In this document: positions 1 through 13,324 of the stretch, piece after piece | How the letters are laid out: every line of letters begins with the position of its first letter | How positions within the stretch are numbered: the stretch's first letter is position 1 | DNA from: Lepidodermella squamata | Lineage: Eukaryota > Animalia > Gastrotricha | Assembly: GCA_047495785.1 (NCBI GenBank) | Contig: JBLDXI010000003.1 | Coordinates: 3,658,001 to 3,722,000 of the forward strand | DNA length: 64,000 bases | Direction of reading: 5' to 3' | Program-made: the position numbers and the translations under genes | Notes under the pieces: model-generated | Database searches by the model: none | What the model was told of the DNA's origin: nothing | What the model saw: the letters and a program-made list of their open reading frames with translations, nothing else

Positions 1-282
1 CCGATCCATGCTAACTACATGATAATTAGAGTAAATTAATTACCATGAAAACTTGGGAAAATTGATTTTTGTCTCCCAAATAGACTAATAGTACCAACAA
101 CGGCTCGAACGGGACAAATGGAACTAATGGAACGGTAATTTCGGGTGCTAATAATTGGCTAAACTCTCAGCAATCATCGCTGCAAACTATCATCTTATTT
201 TTTGTGTCTATATTGATAAACAGTGTGATTTTAAGATTAACAAGATGAAATAAATACAGCGTTTTATTCTCATCTGACTTCA

Positions 283-1401
283 TCATTTGAATAGCTCATC
301 GGGCAAATCCTGGCGTTTCGGATAGCTCGTTTGCGTACCAGGTCGGCGAACTGAATCCGAAGCCACGCAACAGGCTCGTCTGACCCGTTCTTCATCAGCC
401 ATGGCAGGGTACCGGGCTCGGAAAAACGCCAAGCCGCCAACAAAAGCATCGCCAGCTCCGGTTGTGTCGACAACCGGCGAAACCTTCGGCGCCGGGATGA
501 TCTTGTCATTCAAATAAACACCCTTCGAGCCAAGGGTGAGTAGCACGTGACCGGAACAGCCGCGTGATTTCAGCTCCGAAACAGCTCCAGCTAGAACCTT
601 CTCATCATTAACATCCAACAAATCGTGGCCGATGAAAGTAGCGGTTTCAGTCTCGTTAGGGCAGAAATAGTCGGCGAGGCTGTAGATTTGCGGCGGGAAT
701 TTAGCCGGGTCAACCGGGGCGGGGGCCGGGTTGACAATTGTCACCGGTTTGCTACTTGCTGAGCTTTGCTTAGCAACTTGAAGTGCGTAGAGAACGATTT
801 CAGGCTTCAACTCCAGCTGGACCACTACAACTTTAGCATTTTGAATGGCCTCTTTAGCTGCGTCGATATCAGCCTCGGAGACTTCAAAGTTAGCGCCAGG
901 TATAATGATGATCGAATTGTCTCCTTTCTAAAAATTGCAAAAATCAAAAGAAAATAAACGAAAATTTGGAAAAAATTCATAAAAATTCATAAAAAATTTG
1001 TGAAGTTCAGGACTAATGATACTGATTTACTTGGTCTACGACGATGCTGGCCATTCCTGTATGAGCAGTCTGAGAAACCGTTACGTGTTTGGTATCGATC
1101 CCATCAGCCTGTAGAGCTTCGATGAAATTCTTGCCGAAATGGTCGGTGCCAACTTTTGAAACCATGGCGACCTTGGCACCAAGGCGAGCTGCAGCAACAG
1201 CCTGGTTGGCACCTTTCCCGCCTTGGCCACTCGCAAATCGGTTACCGATGACAGTTTCCCCGACCTTGGGGATAACGCTCGTATAGCTGGATTAAATTAT
1301 TTTAATTTTGAGATTGGGAAATAGTTTTAAAAATTTCAGTATAACCTGATCAAATCGACGTTACAACTGCCGATGACAACTACGTCAAAAATGTTGGCCA
1401 T
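283..1401 (-). CDS. RBKS: Ribokinase (PfkB family), 3 exons (~1401-1346, 1286-1031, 927-283)
   Basis: N-term MANIFDVVVIGSCNVDL, GGKGANQAVAAARLG, NPAPA, PNETE and C-terminal DTTGAGDAFVGG PfkB signature; GT-AG introns join the frames. Confidence 0.95.
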
Positions 1402-3052
1402 TTTTAGGAAAATTATTTTATTAAAAGGCTATAAGAAATCTTTTGAAACAGAGAATGAAGCAATCGCTGGGAGAAAATTCGGCGTAAAAATTGACACGCG
1501 AACTAATATTTTTTTACAACAAGATTAGTCAATTCACCACTTCTTCTTGCGACTCTAATTTCTTATCATCAAGTTGTTATCGTTATCACTGGTACCAGGA
1601 ACCGGAGAGCAGCGGAGATTAATCAACGCCGGACTTATCAGCGGGTTTTTGAAGACAATTCGTTGACGTCGTTTAAATTGAGGATCATGACGATTTACGT
1701 CTTCATTATAGCATTTCTTGTTCAGGATATTGGTTCAAAAATGTGTCCATTATAAAGCACATTGCACCTTATTCCAATAATTTTACCCACATCGATTGAA
1801 TTCTCGCATGTATTAATAATTAAGGTGAAATTAAGTCAGTACAAATGATCAATAGCTTCACGCGGCACGCGGTATAGCAGATCAATCGCTTAACTATTTG
1901 GGTATTCCTTGAAAATGGATGCGGGAACAAAAATACGACGTGTCGAGCTCACGTTTCTTCTCGCTGCGGGCCCATCAATAATTAATGACCCACCTGCCTC
2001 ACCCATGCTAAAAACATCGACCCAGGTATTACGTGGCAATAGCATCACATATGCAGCAGTGTTTCCGATAAAAATGGGAACGAAAATCGGCTTGCGATAA
2101 AAATTTTCTCAACTATATATATTTTTTCTACCGCCGGAGCGCGGTGAAAACGGGCGCGCAAAACAACACATGGGTGTAATTTAAAATGCAATAGTCACAC
2201 AGTATATTGATTCGCAAGTATACATATATTGGCGGCTTTGCGTGAGCAATGTTTCACAAGGAATCATGTGGTAATAGGGTTAGCACAATCTAGTTTGAAT
2301 GCCGTTGTCTCTCACCTATGTATTGACCATAAAAACTTGCAGATACGTTTCTTTGCAGCCCTGATTGAGTATGCATTGACCCATCTCATTCACGCTTTTA
2401 TTAAGTAGTAAACAAATTTGGTAAATTTAGCACTTTTATATGATATAGGAAATGTAGTAGTAGCTAGGCCCTATTCAATTCTTATGGTGTCTTTTCATTA
2501 AAACGTCGCGCATTTGGCGTCGCATTTAACTTCTTGATTGAAGTCGCCGGTACGCGCAGACTAGAGGAAGACGAACCGGTATTTAGGTAGCAGCAATCTT
2601 ATGGTGGCTATGTAATACAGTACCAATGTAGCCTCTATGAGCTACACATGCGCGTAAAAAGTGTAGAAATTGTTTGCGTTTGTTGAAATCTTAGTGCACT
2701 GCAATTAACAATGAGAATTTACGGTTGTATTTTCCCCTACACGAGCTCATTATTTTGAAAGGTATGCAGCTGAACGCATTATCGCGCTCGCCCTTGTGGA
2801 AAATTTTAGAGCAGTTTTTACCGATAAGGCAGACTTGTTCCAGATAACCAACAGCTTTTCCGTTTCCCATTTTATTGCTTTTTGTTATTACAATTAATTT
2901 CCCTGCACTGATAAGAAGCTAGTTTACACAAATAATGACGCACTGGTAGGTCATCGACCACGACGACAGAAAGCGTGACCTAATTGCAATAATTTCTTTC
3001 TAGGTTGCTTTTTTATTAGTGTATCATCAAAACCGTGCGATGTCTTGACGAC

Positions 3053-4438
3053 ATGACCGTTTCGTTTCGCCAATACGGCGGTCTACTTGCACGCCGTTCC
3101 AGCCATCTTGTCAGGCGCCTGGGCTTGGTCGGATGTATACTCGCTGGCACCAGTCTATTCGTGTTCGCTCTTTTAATAAGCGAAAATAGCGACGCGATCA
3201 GCAAAAGCGAAATGGACATCAAAATTGCTCTTGAATCTGTCAATTTTAGCGAGGAGGTGAAAAACTCAAAAACTGCGGTCACAGGTCCGACGACAACGAC
3301 AGTTCCTACTACAACGACAACGCCTAGCACCCCATTAATTTCCGAGGTGGATTTTCGTTTGATTGGCTATTTCGACAATCCTGGTAAATTTGGATTTTCC
3401 TTCCAATTTAAATTTCCTTTTTCGTTTTTTACAGTGAAATTCCCGAATTTATCTAAGCGGCTAGCCGCGAATCCAGCACCAACCATGCCTGTGAAGCGAT
3501 ATGGCAATTTTTCGAAAACCCTGCGCCAACGGGAACTTGTGATGCTAATTCCTACAATATACCGACCCATGCAATCCTACCTCATCGGAACTATCCGAAA
3601 TGTACTTGAAAGTCTTTCAGCAGCGGAAAAAGAGCGAATAGTTCTTCTAGTCTCCATTAACGAAATCAAAGCGCAATCAAAAAATCAGATATATTCGACA
3701 GTTAATAGCCTAACAGAAGGTACAATTTAAATTAATAAATTTGTCTTAAGGAGGAATTTTTATTTTATTTTTATTTTCTAGAATTTCCGGATGAAATTGC
3801 GACTGGGTTGATTGAGGTGATATCGGCGCCCCCTGATTATTACATGGACTTCGGCCAGATTCCGAACATTCAAGACCCGGCCATTGTCGATACGCCTGCT
3901 CGTCTGCAATGGCGATCGAAGCAGGTCATCGACTATGCTTTCATGTTTTCTTACGCTTTCACGCAACGCATGGCTACATTTGTGCTTCTCCTCGAAGACG
4001 ACATACAAGTTACCGAGCGAAATGTTGTCGATAAAATGCTGAATTATCCTAAAGAAATCAATAGCGCGAAAAAGCCACCTGCCCTCACGCTATGGTACGA
4101 ATTCTGCCCGTGGGGCGCTATTGGCAAAATGTTCCCGGTTGAACAAGTACCAACGTTTGTAAATATCATGACGTCTGTTTTCTACGTAGAACCCGTTGAC
4201 TGGTAAAAAAAGCCCTGGATTTTTATTAATTGGTTAATTATTAATTTTTTTAATTCCCCGCAGGCAAATTGGACATATTGCTGAATTTATAGCGTGTCGA
4301 TATTTTCACTCGAAAGCTCAATGTGACGTGGCACGCAAACAGTTTTTTAAAGTGTACCCTCGGAAATTGTTCAAGCACGTTGCGAAAATTTCGACGGCGC
4401 CCGAACAGCCGGAACGAACGATCCCGAAACCGCAGTGA
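3053..4438 (+). CDS. MGAT4/GnT-IV-like glycosyltransferase (GT54), type II membrane, 4 exons
   Basis: N-terminal TM, Thr-rich stem, LIPTIYRPMQSYL, WRSKQVIDYAFMF, LLLEDD catalytic motif, PVDW, LFKHVAKIST; introns near 3383, 3720, 4203. Confidence 0.88.
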
Positions 4439-4781
4439 AAAGTGCTATAATTGTTGAGAGATATCGGAGAATAAAATCAAAAGCGTTCTTATACTATACT
4501 TTATATTATAAATTACGTTTTATTTACGTTCTACGAGAGAGAAATAAATACCTGGGTGATTTTTTTCTATATACTCGCGCAATCGATTAGGATCAGGCTA
4601 ATCAAATTTCCCGTCGTGGATTTGTTTTTATTTATCGACTGACCATATGAACTGACCTAATTTCCGTTGCATAGTAGCCAGTTTAACCAAGTCGAATGCG
4701 CAATTTGTAATAAAAATGAGCGCAATTAAATTCAAGGCAGAATAATGCAAATAATCATCATTTCGATAATTCCATTCAACC

Positions 4782-5971
4782 ATGGCGACTTCGTTTTATG
4801 GCCGGCTGTACGTCAAAGTTGAACGAGTGAAAAATCGAACTTCTTCGATAGCAAGCTTCGTTGCCCTCGTGATATCTATCGTAATCTGTATCATCCTCAT
4901 CGCTTTACTGGCGACGTATCCAAAGGCCGATTCCCGGAGTTCTGAAAAAATTGTAAAATTCAAATCGAAAACTGGCCTCATCGAAGCAGTTGTTCCGTTC
5001 CGAACAATTAATTACTTCGATCTTCCAGGTATAAACATAATTTTCCCGAAAATGCATTTTTAATATTTTCAAATTCAAGTTTCATGGCTGAATAAACCTG
5101 AACATGACGGTGCGACGCTTGAAGTTCGGCGATTCGGCGATTTTCGGGCAACGAAACGGAACCGAGATCTAGTCATTTTGATTCCGACCATTCATCGGCC
5201 GAAAATTTCATATCTCGTAGAAACAGTGAAGAATCTCATCGCGAACATGAGCCCGAAAGAATTGCAGCGAGTTGTTCTGCTGATTTCAATCAACGAAATC
5301 TCGAACAAAACGGGGAATTTTATCTTTCAAACTGTCACGCGGCTTAATTCTCGTAATTAAATTTGATTTTTCTGAAGTTTTTCAAAATATTTTTGTATTT
5401 TTCAGAATTTCCTGAACTAATTCGCGATGGAATAATTGAAGTCATAGCGGCTCCGACTGGCTTTTACATGGATTTTAACAGCGTCATCGACTTGATCGGC
5501 GACTCGCCAGCCCAGTTCAAATGGCGGTCGAAACAAAACATCGACTATGCCTTCATGTTCACGTATGCCTTCACGCAAAAAATGGCTAAATACGCGCTTC
5601 TTCTCGAAGATGACGTTAGAGTGAAAGAACCTGGCTACATCACAAAAATGCTGGAATTTCCGGATGAAATTCAGGCGAAATTTCGGTCCAATCCTAAAGA
5701 ATTTCGGTTGATTTTATGGTACGAATTTTGCTCAATCGGCGCGTTTGGTCGCATGTTTCCGACGTCGAAACTGCCGATTTTCGTCAATATCATCTCGAGT
5801 GTCTTCAACACTGAACCTTTCGACTGGTTGATGGGCCACGTGGCCGAGCTGATAGCTTGTCGATACTACTATTCGAAGAGCAAATGCGAGTTTGAACGCA
5901 ATAGATTGTTCAAAGTCTACCCTAAAACGTTTTTTCAACACATTGCTAACGTTTCTACTGCGCCTCATTGA
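4782..5971 (+). CDS. MGAT4-like glycosyltransferase, tandem paralogue, 3 exons
   Basis: Signal anchor, IPTIHRPKISYL, WRSKQNIDYAFMF, LLLEDD, PFDW, FFQHIANVST; clearly similar to the upstream copy. Confidence 0.88.
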
Positions 5972-6265
5972 AATAAAAAAATGAACAATTCAATAAAAAA
6001 CGAGGCGACCTCATCATAGCGTCCGAGAAAAATCGGGAATTTCCTGTTATTTGAAGATGCCGGCTTTATCGATTTTGAGATCACCAGTTTGCGGCGCCAT
6101 TTTTTAGCCGCTTTATTGGAAAATTTGTCCCGTATAATTTATATCAGCTCAGCGTAAGATTTATATGAAAGCATTTTTTCTGATCTCGGAGACCCCACGC
6201 AAACACGGTTCATCGGGCCTTGCTTGCCGGCGGCTTTGCATAAAATTTTACACTAGATCAAAAAA

Positions 6266-6895
6266 ATGTTGAACTCTGAATCAGAAATTTTGGCAGGGCT
6301 GCCGGCTTGTCGCTTCTGCGGCCAAGGTTCTTACGACCTAAACTGCAACCACAGCACGAGCTGCTACAACAAACTTTATCGAGTTCGGCCGAATACTGCT
6401 GACGTTAAAATATGCTCAACAGCCCTTCACGGCAAAATTTGCGCGTGCAAAGGCTCGACGAGTTACGTCCACTCGTGTTGCTTCGACGAGTATCTTCGCG
6501 AAAATCAGTACAGTTTGCCGAAAAATGAGACTGGGCTAATTTGCTGTTCGAAATGCAAACAGCCGTACAACTGTGATTTTCATTTGACCTATAAATCGTG
6601 GCTGACAAGCGGCTGGCTCGAGGCTAAGCTCCACCTAGTCGCCATTTTCTTCTTCTCGCTGTCGAGCAGTTACATCATAGCTGTGGTGATCATGCGAATT
6701 TTCTTCAACTTGCACGACGAGCATGGCTGGTTGAATTACAACGGGAAAATGGTCTATTTGGCGCTATTCGTCAACTTGCCCGTGTGGCTTGGCCTGTCAT
6801 TCACGCTGATGATAACGTGTGCAAGGCGGCGGCGTTTGTTCAAATTTCACGCGAGCATCGTGACCCAGTTTAGCATAACAGCGCATTATTGTTAA
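6266..6895 (+). CDS. RING-CH (RINGv, C4HC3) MARCH-like E3 ligase with two TM helices, intronless
   Basis: CRFC ... CACKGSTSYVHSCC ... CSKCKQPY followed by two hydrophobic segments. Confidence 0.8.
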   Translation: MLNSESEILAGLPACRFCGQGSYDLNCNHSTSCYNKLYRVRPNTADVKICSTALHGKICACKGSTSYVHSCCFDEYLRENQYSLPKNETGLICCSKCKQPYNCDFHLTYKSWLTSGWLEAKLHLVAIFFFSLSSSYIIAVVIMRIFFNLHDEHGWLNYNGKMVYLALFVNLPVWLGLSFTLMITCARRRRLFKFHASIVTQFSITAHYC

Positions 6896-7499
6896 TGATG
6901 AGCTTAAAAAATGTTATGAAAAATTGCTGAACCTCACAATCTTAGCACCTTTGAGAAATAAATAAAAGGCAGTTTTATCATCCGTGATTTTGGATATTGG
7001 CGTCTCTAAGTTGAACTGGCTGAACCAAATACATCAAAAACTCGCGTCAATTTTTTCGGAATTTTCACTGATAGTCTCGCGTCTTACCTTCTAAAAGAAC
7101 AGCTAAAATAACAACTCCAAGATCATCCTTTTCCCCGTTCCACGCTGAAATCAAATAAGCTGAAATTTCACGATGAACCTTTTCCGAGAGCAGATGAAAT
7201 AGACCCTATTACACGAAAAAGCAATTATATTACATTTTTAGCAGATTTATTTTTGAGAAATTTGTAGTGGCGCCTAACAGACTTGCGACTTGCGCTAAAG
7301 TTAACAGGTGACTTCAAATTTGGGAAATTTAACTTTAAAGCTTAGGAGATGAAAGGGATATTTCGAAAGTGTACACCCTAAATTTGAGGCACAGCACTAG
7401 ATTTTCCTGAATTTTGGCTTATCAATTTTGAAGCGTCTCTATTTTTATTTTAAAAGCAGCTAGATCTCCCTATTTGGCGTTTCGTTATGAGCGTTCAGT

Positions 7500-7700
7500 A
7501 TGCGAGTTTATACTTCGGCCAGACGAGCCGATATCGATTTCGATTATCGAATTCACAAATCAGTGATTTTTCCGATATCAGAAGTCTTGAAAGCTAAACT
7601 TTAAAATGTTTCCCCTAATACATGATGGTTACAGGTGATTGAAATAAGAAGTCCAGGGCTTTGATGAACATCAGTATCGATCAAGAACTCGAAATCGAAC
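7500..7700 (+). repeat. Interspersed repeat family A (other copies ~39840-39990, ~49000-49200, ~53290-53440, ~57780-57980)
   Basis: Shared core GAGCCGATATCGATT..TATCGATTTTACAAATCAGTGATTTTTCCGATATCAGAAGT recurs at about 7525, 39860, 49048, 53322 and 57830; boundaries approximate. Confidence 0.7.
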
Positions 7701-8958
7701 AATTTAGTACAAAGACGTTAAATTTTAGTGTTATAACCAGCTCAGTTTTATTCAGGCGAGTATTTTAATTATACATTCTGAAATATAGGCTCAGTCTTCT
7801 GCTCCAAAAAATCAAGTGGAGTCAAGATATTCAAATTTTACACAAAATCGAGTGCCAAAATTATCTTCCAATGACACGAGTTGGTTGGCAATATTACCAA
7901 TGCCAATTAACGAAATAATAATAACAAACTGGTGGCGAGTTTTTTTTAGTTTTTGTTTACTTTTCCGTCTCATGTTCTGGAGCTATGCGACTTGCCGCTT
8001 GCCGCGAGTAGCTCATGGTCAAAAGTTCAAAAGCTCGAAACGTTAATTTTGCGAGTCTGCGACACGTGCTTATCTCGTGTACGATGCGATATAATGGCTA
8101 ATCTGACAGCTGCTGTTGGCGCCGTCGACTTGGCCGCCGCCGCCAATTTCACGACTCGCCAGTTATTGACTGCGCGCGCGCGGGGCCGGGTCACGCGCCG
8201 TGTCCTCAAAAATAACGGCGCGGAATAATAAAATTATATTAGACTACACTTATACATGGCGCCCATTAAAAACCAGTGGCTGTTGCTGCATTAATGCTAT
8301 AACTCATCGGTGCCACCGGCTATAACGTACAATTTATTACACGCAGCTCAGCCATGTCGGCCGGCCGATTTGCATTTATATGCCCGGCAATATTATAATA
8401 TAATTTTGTGCTAAATAATAGCTGTAATAATAATACATTATATTGTTAGGGAAATAATAATACAACACAGGCCGCGAACTCGTCGAGTAGCAAAATCTGC
8501 GGCATAAACACGGGTGCCAGATGTTATATCATCGACCGGCGAATTAACTGCCTGGCATCACTCAAAGCGGGTACAGAGCAGGCGGGACCTCGCGTGTTGT
8601 ATTTATACCCCAGAATCCCGCACGGCATATACAAAATACCGCGGCGTATAGGTGAAGGCATAATCCGATCGAGCGCACTCGCGCCTGGTAAACCGCGAGC
8701 GGGTGATTTCGCGCGCATTTACGACCCGGCGCCGATGATGCTTTGTTGTTGTTCCGCTTATTATTGCTATTTATTGATTGTACCCATGCGCAAATAATGC
8801 TGCGATTTTTACACCAAAATCATGTATTTCAAGAGTTACACTTAATGTTTTAAATACAAGACATTTTTTGAGTCGTCACTGGTGAAAAAAAATCGGATTT
8901 TTAACGGATTATTTTTACTGTCTCTCCTTTAACGGATACACGTCACGCAATTTTTTTT

Positions 8959-9998
8959 GGGTGTTATAAGTTCCATCACCAAAACGACTATTTAGATCAC
9001 CAAAACAACAGGTTAGATCACCTAATCTAAACTGTCAAAAATGATCACCAAAACGACGTGTTAGATTACCAAAACTAAGTTTATATCATCAAAAACCAGT
9101 TTAGAACACCAAACGTTAAAATGGCTAAGTTTGCAACACCAAATCGCAAGAAATTTTGTTCATTTCGATCGAGTGATCGCGCATTTGACATTGAACGAAT
9201 AATAAAAGTTGCCTGACAAGTGCAAGGCGACAACAATCAACCCCGCGGCGGGAAACATTTTTCTTCCGCCCGCATTTGTGTTTGCCGGTCAGTTCAATGC
9301 TCCTGTGTAGTGCACACTTGACTCAAACAGAAAAAAACAAAATTGGCGATTTGGTGTTGCAAACTTGCAGCCATTTTTAGTGGGGCCCTAGCAGGCGTTA
9401 TCCGGATTGGATGATTTTCGAAGCTGGTTGGCAACCAAATTCGGGTGTCATCGGTTGACGTAGATGAATACTAGCCCTTCAACCCGCCATTGTAGCCTAC
9501 GGCTGCGCCTCGAGCCTGTAGGCTTCAGGCTGGGGATATAGTGAATTCGTTACCAAACATCATTAAATTCTGCACCAAATTATTCAAAGCAGTTTCAAAT
9601 TTTCCAATTTTATGTCCCCAGTTCTAACCCTAACCAGTGAAAAACCGGATAAAATGAAATTCGGTACCGCCGTAAGATTTTCCCTTCAGGCTTATTATTC
9701 ATTGGGAAATCCACCTATGATTATCATCCGGATAATGTATAATATATACTATCCCCCAGCTATCCCGCACGCTATCCCACAGATCCCGCAGGGGTGCGGG
9801 AAGAATTTCTATGTTTGGTGTTGCAAACTTAGTCATTTTAACGTTTGGTGTTCTAAACTGGTTTTTGATGATATAAACTTAGTTTTGGTAATCTAACACG
9901 TCGTTTTGGTGATCATTTTTGACAGTTTAGATTAGGTGATCTAACCTGTTGTTTTGGTGATCTAAATAGTCGTTTTGGTGATGCAAACCAATTCTCCC
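8959..9998. mobile_element. Non-autonomous Foldback/Mutator-like DNA transposon, ~1040 bp
   Basis: ~170-bp near-perfect inverted repeats (8974-9143 vs 9814-9983) built of CACCAAAAC subrepeats; GGG...CCC termini; 9-bp target-site duplication ATTTTTTTT (8950-8958 and 9999-10007). Confidence 0.85.
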
Positions 9999-11932
9999 AT
10001 TTTTTTTTAGAATTTTATTCCATTTTCAGTGCCAACGTGGAAAAATTGCAATAATTTTTTAGATTTTTTTACGTTTAGCGGAATCGACAGTAATTTTTCG
10101 CCTTCTCTGCATTTTTCGAGAATAATTACCTGAATTTCTATTAAATAACGACAAGATTTTTCTTGATTTTCTTAATAATATCTCTCATCCCTTCTAGGAC
10201 GAAGATTTTATTCGTAATTTCATAACATTATCCAATAAATTAATTTGTAGGTATTTTACATTGGATCCGTTCTAAGATGCTCTGTTAATTTTTCAATTTT
10301 TTACCCAAAATTCATCGCTTCCCGGATTTGAAAAATTATGAATTTTTAAACCAAATTATTTTTCGATTAGTTTTATCGTGTCCCACTAATGTCTGTATTC
10401 CGAGTAACTAATATTTCTCGCAAATGTCATCGCCGTTAATAGTCGCAAAGTTACAAAGAAGTTGCCCACTAATAAATCCATCGGTAAGAGCGCGCGTGCT
10501 CGCTGTAATAATTATACCCGTTTGCGGTTTTTCACTCTCATTATTGCGCGGCGGACGCGTACAGGTGTCGCAGCGGCGTTTCATCTTCTTCTTACTAGTT
10601 TTATCGCCGCCGACCGCCGACTCAGTGACTCGTGAGTTCACCTTCCCAACCGGGCAAACACAGTCGACACCGGGGCGACCCCGTGCCGACCTGCGCGCGG
10701 CGATGATAAGGCGGTGCCGCGCAACGCTAAACAAACCCGACGTGCTTGGCTGCCGAGCTGCGACGACGAGCGAGCAGCAACTAGTAACATCACCGGCCGG
10801 CGTAAATGCTGCGCTCTCTCTCTCGGAGTTATTTACAAATAAACAAACACTCATCACGTCTCGTGAGATGAGCACATATTGCTGCGTTGCATAAACGCTA
10901 TTATTGTCTTGTAGTCACCTAGCCAGACTTAACGCGATGTTATTTCTCTCGCACAATAGCCCGTATAATATCTTCCAGTTCTAGGTAATATAAGTACCTA
11001 GAAGTAATGAAGCGGCAGATCTAGGCTAGCGATGAGATTTATTTATTTATTTCGCTTAGACCTAATGTCTTGTTTTGAAATTTGTTATTTCTAGCGAAAT
11101 TTTGTGTCACCAAACCTCGCACCTCGGCGTGTTTTTGCCGAAATATTTGCGTAGTGGTCGCTTGAATCTGAAAGAATAAAACGCTCATCTCAATATTTTC
11201 GACGGCCAGTAGTAACATTTTTCTGATGCAAAATTACTCTTACACGAAATTCTGCAATTTACGGTTTATAATTCGAAAAGTCCTCCTTAAAATATTTTTT
11301 TTCATTTAATTAGGTTAATATAGCTTTAATTTTCATATGTGCCACTTGGGAGCGCACTGAGAATTTGTCATTTGAGTAATTATTATTAGATAGATATATA
11401 TCGCATCCTATCGTCGGCGTTGTCAAACGACGCCGCTTCCGCGTCGCGCTCACTCTGCCGGTATTTATCATTATTATTTGTCGAGAGATGAAGATGCGCG
11501 CTGGCGATTTCGGCCTCACTGGCTCTGCTGTGCTGTACGAATCGATGCCACTATATCTGCATCAGCAGCATGCTTACACTATAATATACTAAGAGATAGA
11601 TACGCGCACGCTATGTGTTATCATTATTTGTGTGTCAATTGGCGATTTCGCGTCCCCAGCCGCCGAAAATGATGACCACTACGCGTTTTTCATCATGTAT
11701 ATTTGCCGCGTCTTGAGCCGCACTCCAGTCCCAACTTACATTTTACCCTAGGGCCATGACGCTGATGCATAGATGAAAATATGATAACCATCCGCAATTA
11801 TTATATAGCATCTATAAATTTCAACCATCAAGTGCTTCTGCTATATAGATTGCCCGGAAAAATAATAATTTTTTTGTACCAATTTTTTACGCTATAGGTT
11901 TTTTTGTTAATTCAATTTCCGAATATACGACC

Positions 11933-13324
11933 ATGAGCGGTGATCGATCGGCGGGAAATTTGGGCGGCTATGCGCCTGACCGCTTCGTCGCCGGTTCTTT
12001 CAATGACAATCTTCTGTGCAGTATTTGCCGATATGTTTTCGACAATCCGGTACTGACGCCGTGTGGCCATCTCTTTTGCGCTTCTTGCCTTACGTAAGTC
12101 ATTTGAATTTACTGAAACGTAAAGGTAAAACGTAACGTAGAGTTTGTTGAGTACTAAAAATCAGAATTAATTCAGAAAAGTTGGTCTGGAAATAATCTGC
12201 TTGGTCTGGACATTTTTGCATTTTTATCTGATTTTTTAGCTTAATTCAAACATATTTTAGTATAAATTTGGAAAATTTGTGGCGCTCATTTGCATATGTA
12301 AAACTGCCCTGTGAGTTTTCAGATTTGCTATTGACCCTTTATTCGTGGAATTAAAAAAAAACATGAGCTCAAAAAATACTCTCGGTACAGCTTAAGGTTG
12401 ATGCCCTGCTAAAACTATGTTTCGATCTTTTTGATTATTATTATTATTTAATTAATTTCATTTGCACCTAATTAATCCTGTCCAAGATTGCCACGTGTTG
12501 CGGAGGGATGTGTACATTTTTTTATTAATTTTAATTAATTTTGTAGACATTGGTTGACCGCGTGTCAAACTTTACTGCCGTCGTGCCCCGAGTGCCGCCG
12601 CACTGTATTCGCGTTCGACGTGCGGCCAGTTCGCGGATTACGCAACTACATCGCCTCGCTGCCTACCTACTGCTCACAGCGCCGCCACGGTTGCAACACC
12701 GTACTGCCGCTCGAACAAATCGCAGCCCACGAAGAAGATTGCCCAGCGAAATCGTCGCAGTCGAACAGTAGTGGAGTTAGTAGCGGCGAATCTAGCCCGA
12801 ATAACAGGGTGACTAACCCGCAGCAACGGCGCGTGAAGACAACTCAAACTAGGTCACAAATGCCGCCGTCTAGAATTACAGCCCAGCAGCCGACTAGCCG
12901 GCCAAGTACGACGAACTCATCGACGATCAGCTCAAGGAGTCGTTCGTCTGTTACTGCGACTTCATCATCCCGACCCCAACAAGTCGCGACAGTCATCGAC
13001 CATAGACCTAATGCTAGGCAACGTCTTGCGATGGCTAATCAGCAGACGGGGAGGAGTAGCAGCCATCACCATTTGGATATCAACGATCGAGTCGCGAGGC
13101 TTGAGGAGAAATTGCAGCAAGTTCGGCTGGATATTGAAGCAGCGGAGCAGAGAAATGTTTGGCTCGAGACGCAACTCGCATTAGCGCGGAATAATCTGAG
13201 CCTCGCCGATGCGTTGCGGCGGGTCAGGGCGACACCTGGCGCGACATCATCGGCCTCGACTATTACGTCTTCGAACACGCGTCGACGCCCGGCTGCGCAC
13301 TCTTTGAGCCCTCACGATGACTGA
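11933..13324 (+). CDS. RING finger E3 ligase, RNF41/NRDP1/RNF151-like (RING + TRAF-type Zn finger + low complexity + coiled coil), 2 exons (11933-12093, 12547-13324)
   Basis: GYAPDRF..DNLLCSICRYVFDNPVLTPCGHLFCASCLT|HW..SCPECR, then C..RRHGC..HEEDC, and coiled coil RVARLEEKLQQ. Confidence 0.85.

Noticed and set aside
8974-9143. ~21-bp periodic CACCAAAAC repeats resembling a CRISPR array or iterons
   Set aside because: They are subrepeats within transposon TIRs (mirrored at 9814-9983); there are no unique spacers or cas genes, and the context is eukaryotic.
7800-11700. Several 60-156 aa ORFs on both strands (e.g. 10408-10894)
   Set aside because: No recognisable motifs or consistent splice structure; likely regulatory or UTR-intron DNA upstream of the RING gene.
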